Shown piece by piece: positions 50,468 to 60,530 of a stretch of DNA of 64,000 nt (the stretch's first letter is position 1; each line of letters starts with the position of its first letter). The notes below the pieces were generated by a model that was not told the origin of the DNA, did not search any database, and worked only from the letters and a program-made list of their open reading frames with translations. The stretch is from Hydrurus foetidus (Eukaryota). The position numbers were made by a program, and so were the translations under genes. Location: contig UYFQ01000001.1 of NCBI GenBank assembly GCA_900617105.1, positions 3,286,001 through 3,350,000 of the forward strand. Reading direction: 5' to 3'.

Positions 50468-50565
50468 GCGCGCGTAACAATCACTTCGCGGCAGCTGGGG
50501 TCGTGTGTTGACGGGTTTGGTCGTTAGCAGGCCGGAAATGCGGTTTTAGGCCTGTTTTCGATGTA

Positions 50566-50620
50566 CTTTTGGCGTGTAGCCCAATAACTACGGGCGCGCG
50601 CAGCCCATTAATTCATAGCA
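50566..50620 (-). repeat. Dispersed 55-bp repeat, copy 18
   Basis: Reverse complement: tgctatgaattaatgggctgcgcgcgcccgtagttattgggctacacgccaaaag. Confidence 0.85.
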
Positions 50621-50775
50621 AAAATGATTGGCTCAAGGTAGTTGCTGCACTGCAACACAAACGCAATTAGTTGTACGCCAGCCGTGGGTGGTACTTGAAA
50701 GCGCTGCGGCTCGGTGCAAAATGAGCTTCCCCAAGTAACCCATTCCCGCCGCGCCACATTGGGCGGGACGTTTCT

Positions 50776-52644
50776 GTGTCAAGTCAAAAATCCTCTCTAG
50801 CGGCGCTTACTTTAGGCGCCATCGGTGTCGTTTACGGCGACATCGGCACCAGCGTCCTGTACGCGGTTAAAGAAGTTTTCAATCACGGTCACGTTGCTGT
50901 CACGCCCGACAACGTTTACGGGCTGATGTCGATTTTCTTCTGGACCATGACCGTGATTGTGTCCATCAAGTACGTGGCACTGGTGCTGCGGGCCGACAAC
51001 AATGGCGAGGGCGGCTTGATTGCCATGCTGGCGCTGGCGTCCACCGCCGTGAAAGACAAACCCAAGCTGCGGCGCACGCTGCTGATCATCGGCATTTTTG
51101 GTACTTCGCTTTTTTATGGCGACGGCGTGATTACCCCGGCTATTTCGGTGCTGTCGGCCGTTGAGGGTCTGGAAGTTGTGTCGCCTGCATTTGCCCAAGG
51201 GGTTATTCCGATCACGCTGGCAATTTTGTTTGCGCTGTTTGTTGTTCAAAAAAAGGGGACAGCGGGCATCGGCAAGTTTTTTGGCCCTATTACGCTGGTC
51301 TGGTTTTTTGTCATTGCGTTGCTGGGTGTCTCGCAAATCATTACCCAGCCCGAGATTTTGAAAGCGCTTAGCCCGCACTATGCAGTGCTGTTCATGTGGG
51401 CCAACCCCGGCACCACGTTCATCATTTTGGGCGCTGTGGTGCTGTGCGTCACCGGGGCTGAGGCGCTGTACGCCGACTTGGGGCACTTTGGTAAAAAGCC
51501 GATTCGCCTGGCGTGGTTCAGCATCGTCATGCCTTGTTTGGTGCTCAATTACTTCGGCCAAGGCGCGCTGCTGTTAAGCAACCCTGCCGCTGTTAAAAAT
51601 CCGTTCTATTTGATGGCCCCTGATTGGGCGCTGCTGCCGCTGGTGGGGCTGGCCACCATGGCCACGGTCATCGCCTCACAAGCGCTGATCACCGGCGCTT
51701 TTAGCGTAACCAAGCAAGCTATTCAGATGGGTTATTTGCCACGTCTGCGCATTTTTCACACCAGCGTGCGCGACACCGGCCAAATCTACATGCCGTTCGT
51801 TAATTGGGGCCTGTTTGTGGTGATTGTGCTGGCGGTGGTGATGTTCCGCTCGTCCAGCAACCTGGCGGCGGCTTACGGCATTGCGGTTTGCACTGACATG
51901 CTGATCACAACTGTCTTGACTTTTTATGTGATTCGCTACGGCTGGAAATACCCGTTGTGGTTGTGTCTTGCCGCAACAGGCGTTTTCTTTGTCGTGGACT
52001 TCGCGTTTTTCGCCTCCAACCTTATGAAGCTATTTGCGGGCGGCTGGTTCCCGCTGGTAATTGGCGGCGTGGTGTTCGCGCTCATGATGACCTGGAAAGA
52101 CGGCCGCCGCCTGCTGAATGAAAAAATGCGGGTCGACGCCATCGACCTGACCAGCTTTTTAGACGCGGTGTTCGTCAGCCCGCCCGCGCGAGTCGAAGGC
52201 ACTGCGGTGTTTTTAACCGCCGAGCCCGGCACGGTCCCCAATGCATTGCTACACAATTTGAAGCACAACAAAGTGCTGCATGAGCAAAATTTGTTTGTCA
52301 CGGTGCGCAACCACGAGGTGCCGTGGATAGGCATGGACAAGCGCCTGGAGATTGAATCGCTGGGCCACCAGTGTTGGCAAGTGGTGGTGAACTACGGTTT
52401 TAAAAACGATCGTGACTTACCCAAAGCCCTGCAAAACGTGAAAGGCCGTGGCTGCGGCCTAGACCCGATGATGACCAGTTATTTCTTGTCCCGAGACACC
52501 GTGGTGCCCACCATTGGGGGCGGCATGGCAGCTTGGCGCGAAAAGCTGTTTGCGCAAATGCACCACAACGCCAGCGGCGCAGCAGACTACTTGAACTTGC
52601 CGAGCAACGCGGTGGTGGAGCTGGGCAGCAAAATAGAAATTTGA
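50776..52644 (+). CDS. kup: Potassium uptake transporter
   Basis: [35 protein letters not shown]. Confidence 0.97.
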   Translation: MSSQKSSLAALTLGAIGVVYGDIGTSVLYAVKEVFNHGHVAVTPDNVYGLMSIFFWTMTVIVSIKYVALVLRADNNGEGGLIAMLALASTAVKDKPKLRRTLLIIGIFGTSLFYGDGVITPAISVLSAVEGLEVVSPAFAQGVIPITLAILFALFVVQKKGTAGIGKFFGPITLVWFFVIALLGVSQIITQPEILKALSPHYAVLFMWANPGTTFIILGAVVLCVTGAEALYADLGHFGKKPIRLAWFSIVMPCLVLNYFGQGALLLSNPAAVKNPFYLMAPDWALLPLVGLATMATVIASQALITGAFSVTKQAIQMGYLPRLRIFHTSVRDTGQIYMPFVNWGLFVVIVLAVVMFRSSSNLAAAYGIAVCTDMLITTVLTFYVIRYGWKYPLWLCLAATGVFFVVDFAFFASNLMKLFAGGWFPLVIGGVVFALMMTWKDGRRLLNEKMRVDAIDLTSFLDAVFVSPPARVEGTAVFLTAEPGTVPNALLHNLKHNKVLHEQNLFVTVRNHEVPWIGMDKRLEIESLGHQCWQVVVNYGFKNDRDLPKALQNVKGRGCGLDPMMTSYFLSRDTVVPTIGGGMAAWREKLFAQMHHNASGAADYLNLPSNAVVELGSKIEI

Positions 52645-52701
52645 TAGCGGTGGGCGAGCGATTGAGTTGACCCGGTCATCTGCGCCCAGGCGGTCAGCCA
52701 G

Positions 52702-55338
52702 TCAGGCCGTCATGCCCATGTCTTCAGCAGCAAGCTTTGATGCCGCTGACTGGGCGGCTATGGGTTTGTTGTTGCCGGTGACAGCGTCTAGCGCTTGCGC
52801 CACCACACCGCTGGTGTCGACCAACCTCAGCAAGTTTTGCATCATCAACTTTTCGCAGCTGCGGCTGGTCATGGAATGGGGCTGGCCGCCGTGGCTTAAA
52901 AACATGAACAGTGTGGACTTGGTGCTGGCCCAAATCAGTTGCGCACGCAACCAGCGGCGCTTGGAATACAAGTCAACCCAATTGCCAGCGCGCAAGCCCT
53001 GCAGCATGGCCAGTGCCTGCTCTTTGGTGAAGGCTTGTGTTGCCTCAGCTTGCAATTGAACTTCGGGCGGGGTGTCTGGCGCTGCTGAGTTAAGGACTGG
53101 AACTGTTTCAGCAAAACCTTCGGGCGGTGTTTCGGCTGCCGAGTCAGCACCGGCGGGGTTCAGTGCATCGGCAATTTCCAGCGGCGATGGAAAGGTGGGT
53201 TGCGTATCTTCAAAGCCAGCGGCGTCTTGATCGTTGCGGCCCAGCCACAGCGACTGAGCTTCAGCGCGAATTTTCTCCAACCGCTCCAGCGGCGAGCTGC
53301 CGGAGTCTTGCGCATCGGGGCCGTCGGTTAACTCAAGAGCGACAGCAGAATCATCTAGCGAGCCCAGGTTGGACTCTTCAGCATCGCGCTGCGTTTTAAG
53401 TCGCCTGAGTTTGAGCACGGGTTTGTGTAGCGTCATTAACGCCTGAAAAAATGTGTCGCTTTCTTCAGGCGTTTGGCCCAGCAGTTTCAAGCCGGAGCGC
53501 AGCTTGTCGAGCATGCTGGGCACCATGGCAACAAATTTGGCGGGCTGCTTGAGTGTGGCTTCGTGTTTGACGCTCCAGATCAGGTCGGGCACTACCGAGC
53601 CATAACCTTCTGGGTCGACCTGGTTGCGCTTATCCACCAGCCGGGCGTGCGCCATCACCAGCGCCCATGGGCCAAACAAAAAGTCCAAGACCAGGCCCGA
53701 CACTTTTTGCAAATCAGACCGGGCACTCAAGTCGAACGCAATTTCGTCGGCCTTGGCTTGGCGTTCTTCGGCAAAGCGCAGCGCCTGCAGCACCGCTTGG
53801 CGCTTGTCGGTTTCTTGCCGGTCTTGCTGGTTCCAGGCGGACTCTAAAGTGTGCAGCGCCAGCGCGAACGGCTGGGTGTTTTTAACTTCGCTGTCGTTCA
53901 GCGTGTTGAAGATGGCGTTAAGCCCCGCTGGGCCGCTAAAAAACGCCACAAACTCGTCGCTGTATTCGTCGTTGTATTTAAAACTGCGCTGGGCCACGCG
54001 CTCCATTAATTGGCGGCCTACATGGCGCTCGTCGCTGAAAAAGCGCGGGTCGACCAGGGCCAGGCGCAGCAGTGACGGCTCCAGCGCAACAATGGCTTCG
54101 CGCACGGGCGCCAGCAAGCGTGGGTTCAGCGCCACCTGGTTGACCAGCTGCCGCACCACTTCCAGGCCCATGACCTGACCCACTTGGGTGGCCTCTTTTT
54201 TGAGCTGAGTGCGCACCATGGTGCGGCGCCGAGCGTGGCCATAGTTGCCCCACGCGCCGGTGCTCAGGTGGCTGGCGGCATTAACGGTGCGCTGCGGCCG
54301 GTCGACCGATGGCAGGTGCTGGTAATTGCTTGGCGGTGGGCGCTGTTCAGTCTCGTCGTCCAGTTGCTCATTAAGCGCCTGAAGCTCTTCGTCAACCTGC
54401 TCGTAATAAGCTGGCGACAGGCGCTGGCCAGAGTTGTTGCCGCCGCGGAACAAAAAATCGTCAAAAAAGTCTTCTCGAGCGCCTTGAACAGACAGGTCTG
54501 CGTACACCGACGGCTGTTGCCCGCCGCCCTGTTGGTCCCAACCACCGCCGTCGCCAGCGAACACGTTGCCGCCGTTGGCGTCGTTACCACGCCATTCACC
54601 GCCACCGGCGTTGCCGTTGCCTTGCGGCGTTTGCACCACACGGTACTGCGCCGCTTGTACGTTGGCCGACTCCAGCTGCGCCACAGCTTTCGCGTAAATG
54701 GTTTTCAGCCCCAGCCCTAAAGGCGGCGCGATGTGTTTGGCCCACAGCGCGGGAAGCGCTGCATCGCCATCGGGGGCTGTCATCAAGTTGTGCAGCACCC
54801 GCGTGAATTCTTGTGGCCTAAGCGGGTTGTGTTCGGGCCTGACATTGGGCAGTCCCAGCGCGGTGCTGATCAGCGCGTCAAGCTCGGCCAGTTTTTGTTC
54901 AAGGTCGGGCAGAATTTGCTGCAGCAGGCGCTGCGAATCGATGGCTTGCACCACCTCTGCGTCATCAACCAATGTCAAACTGTCGAGACTCAAACCACCC
55001 ATGCCGGAGCCAGCATAGCGAGACTCAGCGGCTGGAACATTTAATGTCAGGTCGGCAGCGTCCGGCACAAGACTCGTCCCTGCTAGAGGGGTCGCCGCCA
55101 CGCTCGCCGTAAAAGCGGTCAACATGTCAGCGGTGTAGCGCACCTTCCAGCTGTCTTTTCGACTGGCTAATTGACGCCAGGCATTGGCCAGCTGGTCCCG
55201 CTCGGCCACTTTCATGCTTTTGAGCGCTAGCTGCTGCAGCGTTTCCACCGCGGCATCGACGCACTTGGCCAGCAACGGCCCGCACGCTTGCGCGGTGTCT
55301 TTCAGGCAGTGTTGTAGTACGTCAGATTGCTGAGTCAT
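52702..55338 (-). CDS. DUF1631-like large helical protein
   Basis: NPLRP, LEPSLLRLAL.DP.FF, C-terminal W..AQL.W...LFMF; start moved to the ATG at 55338. Confidence 0.75.
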   Translation of the reverse strand: MTQQSDVLQHCLKDTAQACGPLLAKCVDAAVETLQQLALKSMKVAERDQLANAWRQLASRKDSWKVRYTADMLTAFTASVAATPLAGTSLVPDAADLTLNVPAAESRYAGSGMGGLSLDSLTLVDDAEVVQAIDSQRLLQQILPDLEQKLAELDALISTALGLPNVRPEHNPLRPQEFTRVLHNLMTAPDGDAALPALWAKHIAPPLGLGLKTIYAKAVAQLESANVQAAQYRVVQTPQGNGNAGGGEWRGNDANGGNVFAGDGGGWDQQGGGQQPSVYADLSVQGAREDFFDDFLFRGGNNSGQRLSPAYYEQVDEELQALNEQLDDETEQRPPPSNYQHLPSVDRPQRTVNAASHLSTGAWGNYGHARRRTMVRTQLKKEATQVGQVMGLEVVRQLVNQVALNPRLLAPVREAIVALEPSLLRLALVDPRFFSDERHVGRQLMERVAQRSFKYNDEYSDEFVAFFSGPAGLNAIFNTLNDSEVKNTQPFALALHTLESAWNQQDRQETDKRQAVLQALRFAEERQAKADEIAFDLSARSDLQKVSGLVLDFLFGPWALVMAHARLVDKRNQVDPEGYGSVVPDLIWSVKHEATLKQPAKFVAMVPSMLDKLRSGLKLLGQTPEESDTFFQALMTLHKPVLKLRRLKTQRDAEESNLGSLDDSAVALELTDGPDAQDSGSSPLERLEKIRAEAQSLWLGRNDQDAAGFEDTQPTFPSPLEIADALNPAGADSAAETPPEGFAETVPVLNSAAPDTPPEVQLQAEATQAFTKEQALAMLQGLRAGNWVDLYSKRRWLRAQLIWASTKSTLFMFLSHGGQPHSMTSRSCEKLMMQNLLRLVDTSGVVAQALDAVTGNNKPIAAQSAASKLAAEDMGMTA

Positions 55339-55583
55339 CAGAGATTGGTCAGGCGAGGTTTCTAAGCTAAAACGGCTGTGGCAGTCTGTTGAAGAGACGA
55401 ATCCGAAGTGTAAGCGGCAGTTAAATAATAGCGGCTGGCGCAAGGGTTATGTTGATGCCAGTTTATTTTGCTTACAAATAGTCAATTTCAGTGAATAAGG
55501 TCACTGACTTGCGACGTGCAAGCCGCCGCAAGCGGACCGTATTAGATCCGATGTTAGAGCGAAAAACCCCTATTTAACGAACA

Positions 55584-55638
55584 AAATAAGCCTGTAGTCC
55601 AATAAATAAGCGCGCAAGCAGCTATAAAAATTATAGTA
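55584..55638 (-). repeat. Dispersed 55-bp repeat, copy 19
   Basis: Reverse complement: tactataatttttatagctgcttgcgcgcttatttattggactacaggcttattt. Confidence 0.88.
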
Positions 55639-55674
55639 AAAAGGCTTGCGGCGAGGCTTGAGTTTTTGGCCACT

Positions 55675-57201
55675 TCAAGTCTGCACTGCTTGCCGAACGG
55701 CGTGTTCCCATTGCCACATCAAATCTGCTGCGCGGCCGGGGGTGAGGGTGGGGTAAAAAGTTCTTTCCGCCCGCCACAAGCCCGATAGCTCGGCGGTGCT
55801 GCCATACACGCCGCTTGAAAGCCCTGCCAGGTACGCCGCACCCAGCGCCGTGGTTTCGGTGATCAAAGGCCGGACTACCGGTATACCCAGTAAATCTGCC
55901 TGGAACTGCATCAGCAAGTCGTTGACGCAGGCGCCGCCGTCTACCCGCAGCTCAGCCACCGGGGTTGCGCCCGCGCTGATGGCGTCGCGGCTCATGGCCT
56001 GCAGCAACGCAGCGCTTTGGTAGGCAATGCTTTCAAGTGCGGCGCGCGCAATGTGCGCCATCGTGGTGCCGCGGGTCAGCCCGGTAATCGTGCCCCGGGC
56101 GTCGGGCTGCCAGTAGGGCGCGCCCAAGCCGGTAAAAGCCGGCACCATCATCACGCCGCCAGAATCAGGCACGCTTTCGGCAAGCGCCTGCACCTCAGTG
56201 CTGCTCTGAATGGCGTTTAAACCGTCACGCAGCCATTGCACCACTGCGCCGCCCACAAACACGCTGCCTTCAATTGCAAACTCTGGCTGCGCAGTGGTTT
56301 GCGCGGCGCTTGTGGTCAACAGGCCGTTGGTTGAGGTTTGAAACTGGCTGCCCGTGTGCATGAGGGTGAAGCAGCCCGTGCCGTAAGTGTTTTTGGCCAT
56401 GCCGGCTGTAAAGCAAGCCTGCCCAAACAGTGCGCTTTGCTGGTCGCCCGCAACGCCGCCTATCGGTATGGCGTGGCCTAGCAGCTCAGGCCGCACCACC
56501 CCAAAATGTGCGCTGGACGGCAACACGCGGGGCATCAGCGACGGCGCAATAGCTAGCAGCGCCAACAGCTCGGCGTCCCATTGGTTGGTGTGCACGTTAA
56601 ACAGCATGGTGCGGGACGCGTTGCTGACGTCGGTGCTGTGAACGGCTTGGCTGCGCGTGCTGGCCGCGCTGCCGCCGGTTAGCTGCCACATCAGCCAGCA
56701 ATCAACCGTGCCAAAGGCCAGTTCGCCGTTTTCAGCGTGTTTGCGCGCACCCGCCACGTTGTCTAGCAGCCACTTCAGTTTGGTGCCTGAAAAATACGCA
56801 TCAACCAGCAGGCCGGTTTTGGCTTGAATCAGCGGTGCTTTGCCTTGCGCGCGCAACGCTGCGCAGGTGTTTTCGGCGCGGCGGTCTTGCCAAACAATGG
56901 CGTGGGCAATAGGCGCGCCCGTGGTGCGGTTCCACACCACCGTGGTTTCGCGCTGGTTGGTGATGCCCAGCGCCCGAATGTGCTCAGGCTTGATGCCTTG
57001 AACTGCGGCTTTGGCAAGCGCTTGCCGCGCGGTGGCGAGTTGACTGTGCCAAATTTGCATCGGGTCATGCTCAACCCAGCCGGGCCGGGGGTAGATCTGC
57101 GGCAGCTCTTGCTGGGCCTGAGCCGCGATTCGCCCCGCTGCATCGAACACAATGCTGCGCGAGCTGGAAGTGCCTTGGTCAAGTGCAAGTAGATAGGTCA
57201 T
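55675..57201 (-). CDS. glpK: Glycerol kinase
   Basis: [32 protein letters not shown]. Confidence 0.97.
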   Translation of the reverse strand: MTYLLALDQGTSSSRSIVFDAAGRIAAQAQQELPQIYPRPGWVEHDPMQIWHSQLATARQALAKAAVQGIKPEHIRALGITNQRETTVVWNRTTGAPIAHAIVWQDRRAENTCAALRAQGKAPLIQAKTGLLVDAYFSGTKLKWLLDNVAGARKHAENGELAFGTVDCWLMWQLTGGSAASTRSQAVHSTDVSNASRTMLFNVHTNQWDAELLALLAIAPSLMPRVLPSSAHFGVVRPELLGHAIPIGGVAGDQQSALFGQACFTAGMAKNTYGTGCFTLMHTGSQFQTSTNGLLTTSAAQTTAQPEFAIEGSVFVGGAVVQWLRDGLNAIQSSTEVQALAESVPDSGGVMMVPAFTGLGAPYWQPDARGTITGLTRGTTMAHIARAALESIAYQSAALLQAMSRDAISAGATPVAELRVDGGACVNDLLMQFQADLLGIPVVRPLITETTALGAAYLAGLSSGVYGSTAELSGLWRAERTFYPTLTPGRAADLMWQWEHAVRQAVQT

Positions 57202-57234
57202 GGCGGCTCTGAGCGATGAGTTGGAGGGCTAATT

Positions 57235-57289
57235 TGCTATTGATATAAGAGCTGATTACGCCTGTAAATATTGGGCTACAGCACGATTT
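57235..57289 (+). repeat. Dispersed 55-bp repeat, copy 20
   Basis: tgctattgatataagagctgattacgcctgtaaatattgggctacagcacgattt. Confidence 0.87.
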
Positions 57290-57312
57290 TATTAAAAATA
57301 GCGGGATGCGCG

Positions 57313-58080
57313 CTAGGCCAGCGCTACTTCACACTGCACATTGGCTTCGTCCAGCAGTGTGGCAAACGGTTCAAGCGGCGGCGCATCGGTGAACAGCCGG
57401 TTGATTTGCGACAGGCGCGCCAGCTCCACCATGGCGGGACGGTTAAATTTGCTGTGGTCGGCGGCCAGCCACACTTCGCGCGCATGGGCAATGATGGTTT
57501 GGGCAACCTTCACCTCTCGGTAGTCAAAGTCGCGCAGCGAGCCGTCGGGCTCAATGCCTGAAATGCCAATGATGGCGATGTCCACCCTGAACTGGCGAAT
57601 AAAGTCGACAGTCGCTTCGCCCACAATGCCGCGGTCTCGCGGGCGCACGACGCCGCCCGTCACGATGACTTCGCAATCGGGGTTGCCGCACAAAATTGCC
57701 GCCACATTCAGGTTATTGGTAATCACCCGCAAGCCTTTGTGGTGCAGCAGGGCTTTGGCAATTGCTTCAGTCGTGGTGCCAATGTTCAAGATAAGCGAGC
57801 AATGGTTGGGCACGCTTTTGGCCACCGCTTTGGCAATGCGTGCCTTGCCTTCAGCATTCAAACTTTCACGCTGCTGGTGGGCGATGTTTTTGGTGGTGGA
57901 GCTGGGCACCCGCACCCCGCCATGAAACCGCGTGAGCAGCCCCGCGCTGGCCATGCCCTGCACATCGCGCCGAACGGTTTGCAACGTTACGCCCAGTGTG
58001 TCGGCCAGTTGCTCTACCGACGCTGAGCCCTGCGTACGCACCACTTCTAAAAGCCTTAGTTGCCTGGGATTTGAGTTCAT
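57313..58080 (-). CDS. glpR: DeoR-family glycerol repressor
   Basis: VTLQTVRRD, RFHGG, IGTTTE, ADHSKF; start moved to 58080. Confidence 0.92.
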   Translation of the reverse strand: MNSNPRQLRLLEVVRTQGSASVEQLADTLGVTLQTVRRDVQGMASAGLLTRFHGGVRVPSSTTKNIAHQQRESLNAEGKARIAKAVAKSVPNHCSLILNIGTTTEAIAKALLHHKGLRVITNNLNVAAILCGNPDCEVIVTGGVVRPRDRGIVGEATVDFIRQFRVDIAIIGISGIEPDGSLRDFDYREVKVAQTIIAHAREVWLAADHSKFNRPAMVELARLSQINRLFTDAPPLEPFATLLDEANVQCEVALA

Positions 58081-58130
58081 TATTTTTAAACGTGTTAGCT
58101 GGTGCTTTGGGTTTGATTCACAAATGGTCA

Positions 58131-58240
58131 CACAAACGAACTGATAACTATGATACAGCGCAACAATTCGAACTTGATAAGGGTAAGTAATGAGTTAAAA
58201 CAATCAAAAACGAATAACAATCGCAAATATTCGAATCTGC
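58131..58240. promoter_or_regulatory. Putative GlpR operator cluster / divergent promoter
   Basis: AT-rich region with CGAA cores at 58137, 58169, 58211, 58232. Confidence 0.5.
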
Positions 58241-58351
58241 GTAGATTTACATTGCTGTTGGGAGTTTGCTTGTGCCGGAATTTAATTCGACTTCTTTTTA
58301 CGAGCTGCAGGTCGCCGTTGCCGGCCTCAATTTTGCGCTGGGGCAGCACTG

Positions 58352-59434
58352 ATGCAGCTTGCGCTCGAACGCGTCAGTAAAAAAGTCGGCGCGCAGCCGT
58401 GGCTGTATGAGCTGAACCTGGCCCCGCGCAGTTCTGAGGTGACGGTGCTGCTGGGCGCTACCCAAGCCGGCAAAACCAGCTTGATGCGCATCATGGCTGG
58501 GCTTGATGTTCCCACCACCGGGCAGGTGCTGGTCGACGGCGTCAACGTTACCGGCATGCCAGTGCGGCAGCGCAACGTGGCCATGGTGTACCAGCAGTTT
58601 ATTAACTACCCGTCGTTCACGGTCAAGGACAACATCGCCTCGCCGCTAAAGCTGCGTGGTGACAAAAACATCGATGCGCGGGTGCGCGAACTGGCTGAAA
58701 AACTGCACATCGACATGTTTTTAAACCGCTTGCCGGCAGAGCTTTCTGGCGGCCAGCAGCAGCGTGTGGCGCTGGCCAGGGCGCTGGCCAAAAATGCGCC
58801 TTTGATGTTGCTTGACGAGCCGCTGGTCAATTTGGATTACAAATTGCGCGAAGAACTCCGCGACGAGTTAACCGCGCTGTTTGCTGTCGGCGATTCGACG
58901 GTAATTTACGCCACCACCGAGCCGGGTGAGGCGCTGCTGCTGGGCGGCTACACCGCGGTGCTGGACGCTGGGGAGCTGTTGCAATATGGGCCCACGGCCG
59001 AAGTTTTTCACCGCCCCCAATCGCTGCGCGTGGCAAAAGCTTTCAGCGACCCGCCAATGAATTTACTGCCGGCAGTCACGGTGGCTGGTGGCGTGCAGCT
59101 CACCAGCGGGACAGTGCTGGCAGTGCCGATTGAGCAGGCGATGCTGGGCGCTGCGCAAGCGGTGACGGTAGGCATACGCGCGAGTGCATTGGGTGTGCAC
59201 TCGCGCGGCGCAAATATCGTGTTTCCTGGCCGGGTCGAGCTGGCGGAGATCTCGGGCTCAGACACCTACGTGCACGCCAGCTCTGCGGTTGGCGAGCTGG
59301 TGGCGCAGCTTTCTGGCGTGCAGCGTTTTGAGTTAGGCGCGCCAGTGGCGCTGTGTGTTGACCCTGCGCAGCTGTACTTGTTTAACGAAGCGGGGCAATT
59401 GATGCACGCACCCAGCCGTGGTCAGGTGCACTGA
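58352..59434 (+). CDS. glpS: Glycerol ABC transporter ATPase
   Basis: GATQAGKT, LSGGQQQR, DEPLVNLDYKLRE; glp context. Confidence 0.85.
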   Translation: MQLALERVSKKVGAQPWLYELNLAPRSSEVTVLLGATQAGKTSLMRIMAGLDVPTTGQVLVDGVNVTGMPVRQRNVAMVYQQFINYPSFTVKDNIASPLKLRGDKNIDARVRELAEKLHIDMFLNRLPAELSGGQQQRVALARALAKNAPLMLLDEPLVNLDYKLREELRDELTALFAVGDSTVIYATTEPGEALLLGGYTAVLDAGELLQYGPTAEVFHRPQSLRVAKAFSDPPMNLLPAVTVAGGVQLTSGTVLAVPIEQAMLGAAQAVTVGIRASALGVHSRGANIVFPGRVELAEISGSDTYVHASSAVGELVAQLSGVQRFELGAPVALCVDPAQLYLFNEAGQLMHAPSRGQVH

Positions 59435-59435
59435 T

Positions 59436-60530
59436 ATGGCACGCATTGAACTTGATCTGGCGCATGCCTACAAAGCCAATCCGCAGCAAGAGAGTGACTA
59501 CGCGCTTTTGCCGCTCAAAATGACTTTTGAAGATGGCGGTGCTTACGCCTTGCTGGGTCCGTCGGGCTGCGGCAAGACCACCATGCTCAACATCATGTCG
59601 GGTTTGGTCGCACCGTCCCAAGGCAGCGTTCGCTTTGACGGCAACAACGTGACCAACGCCACGCCGCAGCAGCGCAACATTGCGCAGGTGTTCCAGTTCC
59701 CGGTGGTCTACGACACCATGACCGTGTTCGACAACCTGGCTTTTCCGCTGCGCAACCGAAAAATGCCGCAAGCACAAATCAACAAGCGGGTAAGCAGCAT
59801 TGCTGACATGCTGGAGTTGGGCCCTCAGCTGCATCTGCGGGCCGCCGGGCTAGCGGCAGACGCCAAACAAAAAATATCACTGGGCCGCGGTTTGGTTCGG
59901 CCCGATGTGTCGGCAGTTTTGTTTGACGAGCCGCTGACGGTGATTGACCCGCACCTGAAATGGCAGCTCAGGCGCAAGCTCAAGCAAATTCACCATGAGC
60001 TCAAACTCACGTTGATTTACGTCACGCACGACCAGATCGAGGCGCTGACATTCGCTGACCAGGTGGTGGTGATGACACGCGGAAAGGCGGTGCAGGTGGG
60101 CTCGGCGGCTGACTTGTTTGAACGGCCCAGCCACACGTTTGTGGGCCATTTCATTGGCTCACCGGGTATGAATTTCATAGGTGGAAAGATTTTCGATGGG
60201 CGTTTTGAAGTTACTGGTGCTGGCGCCGTGGGTGGCGCTGTTGTACTCCTCTTGTCTGGCCGCGATTTGCCTGACGGTTACGTCAAGCTCGGCATTCGGC
60301 CTGAATATTTGCAAGTAGCAGCTGCCAACACACCTGGCGCCTTGCCTGCGACTGTTGTGCAGTTGCAGGATGTGGGCACCCACGTAATTTTGAGTGCAAC
60401 GCTGGCCGGGCAAACGCTAAAGGCGCGCTTGCCTGTAGCGGGCTCGCAGCCAGTTGTAGGCGGTGTGGTGTGGCTGCAGGTCATGAGCACGCATACCTGT
60501 TTTTACAAAAACGACCACATCATGCCATGA
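59436..60530 (+). CDS. glpT: Glycerol ABC transporter second ATPase
   Basis: GPSGCGKTT, variant signature LAADAKQK, DEPLTVID (glpSTPQUV nomenclature). Confidence 0.83.
   Translation: MARIELDLAHAYKANPQQESDYALLPLKMTFEDGGAYALLGPSGCGKTTMLNIMSGLVAPSQGSVRFDGNNVTNATPQQRNIAQVFQFPVVYDTMTVFDNLAFPLRNRKMPQAQINKRVSSIADMLELGPQLHLRAAGLAADAKQKISLGRGLVRPDVSAVLFDEPLTVIDPHLKWQLRRKLKQIHHELKLTLIYVTHDQIEALTFADQVVVMTRGKAVQVGSAADLFERPSHTFVGHFIGSPGMNFIGGKIFDGRFEVTGAGAVGGAVVLLLSGRDLPDGYVKLGIRPEYLQVAAANTPGALPATVVQLQDVGTHVILSATLAGQTLKARLPVAGSQPVVGGVVWLQVMSTHTCFYKNDHIMP

Noticed and set aside
55415..55469. Possible 21st, highly decayed repeat copy
   Set aside because: TAGC.GCT.GCGC, CAG and the T-tract are in register, but the head and second dyad are lost. 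A PWM score is needed before counting it.
2321..57289. 55-bp repeat as a CRISPR array or integron attC series
   Set aside because: Copies are dispersed at irregular kb-scale distances on both strands, are degenerate, and lie beside or inside housekeeping genes. No cas or intI gene is present, and I saw no RYYYAAC/GTTRRRY ends.
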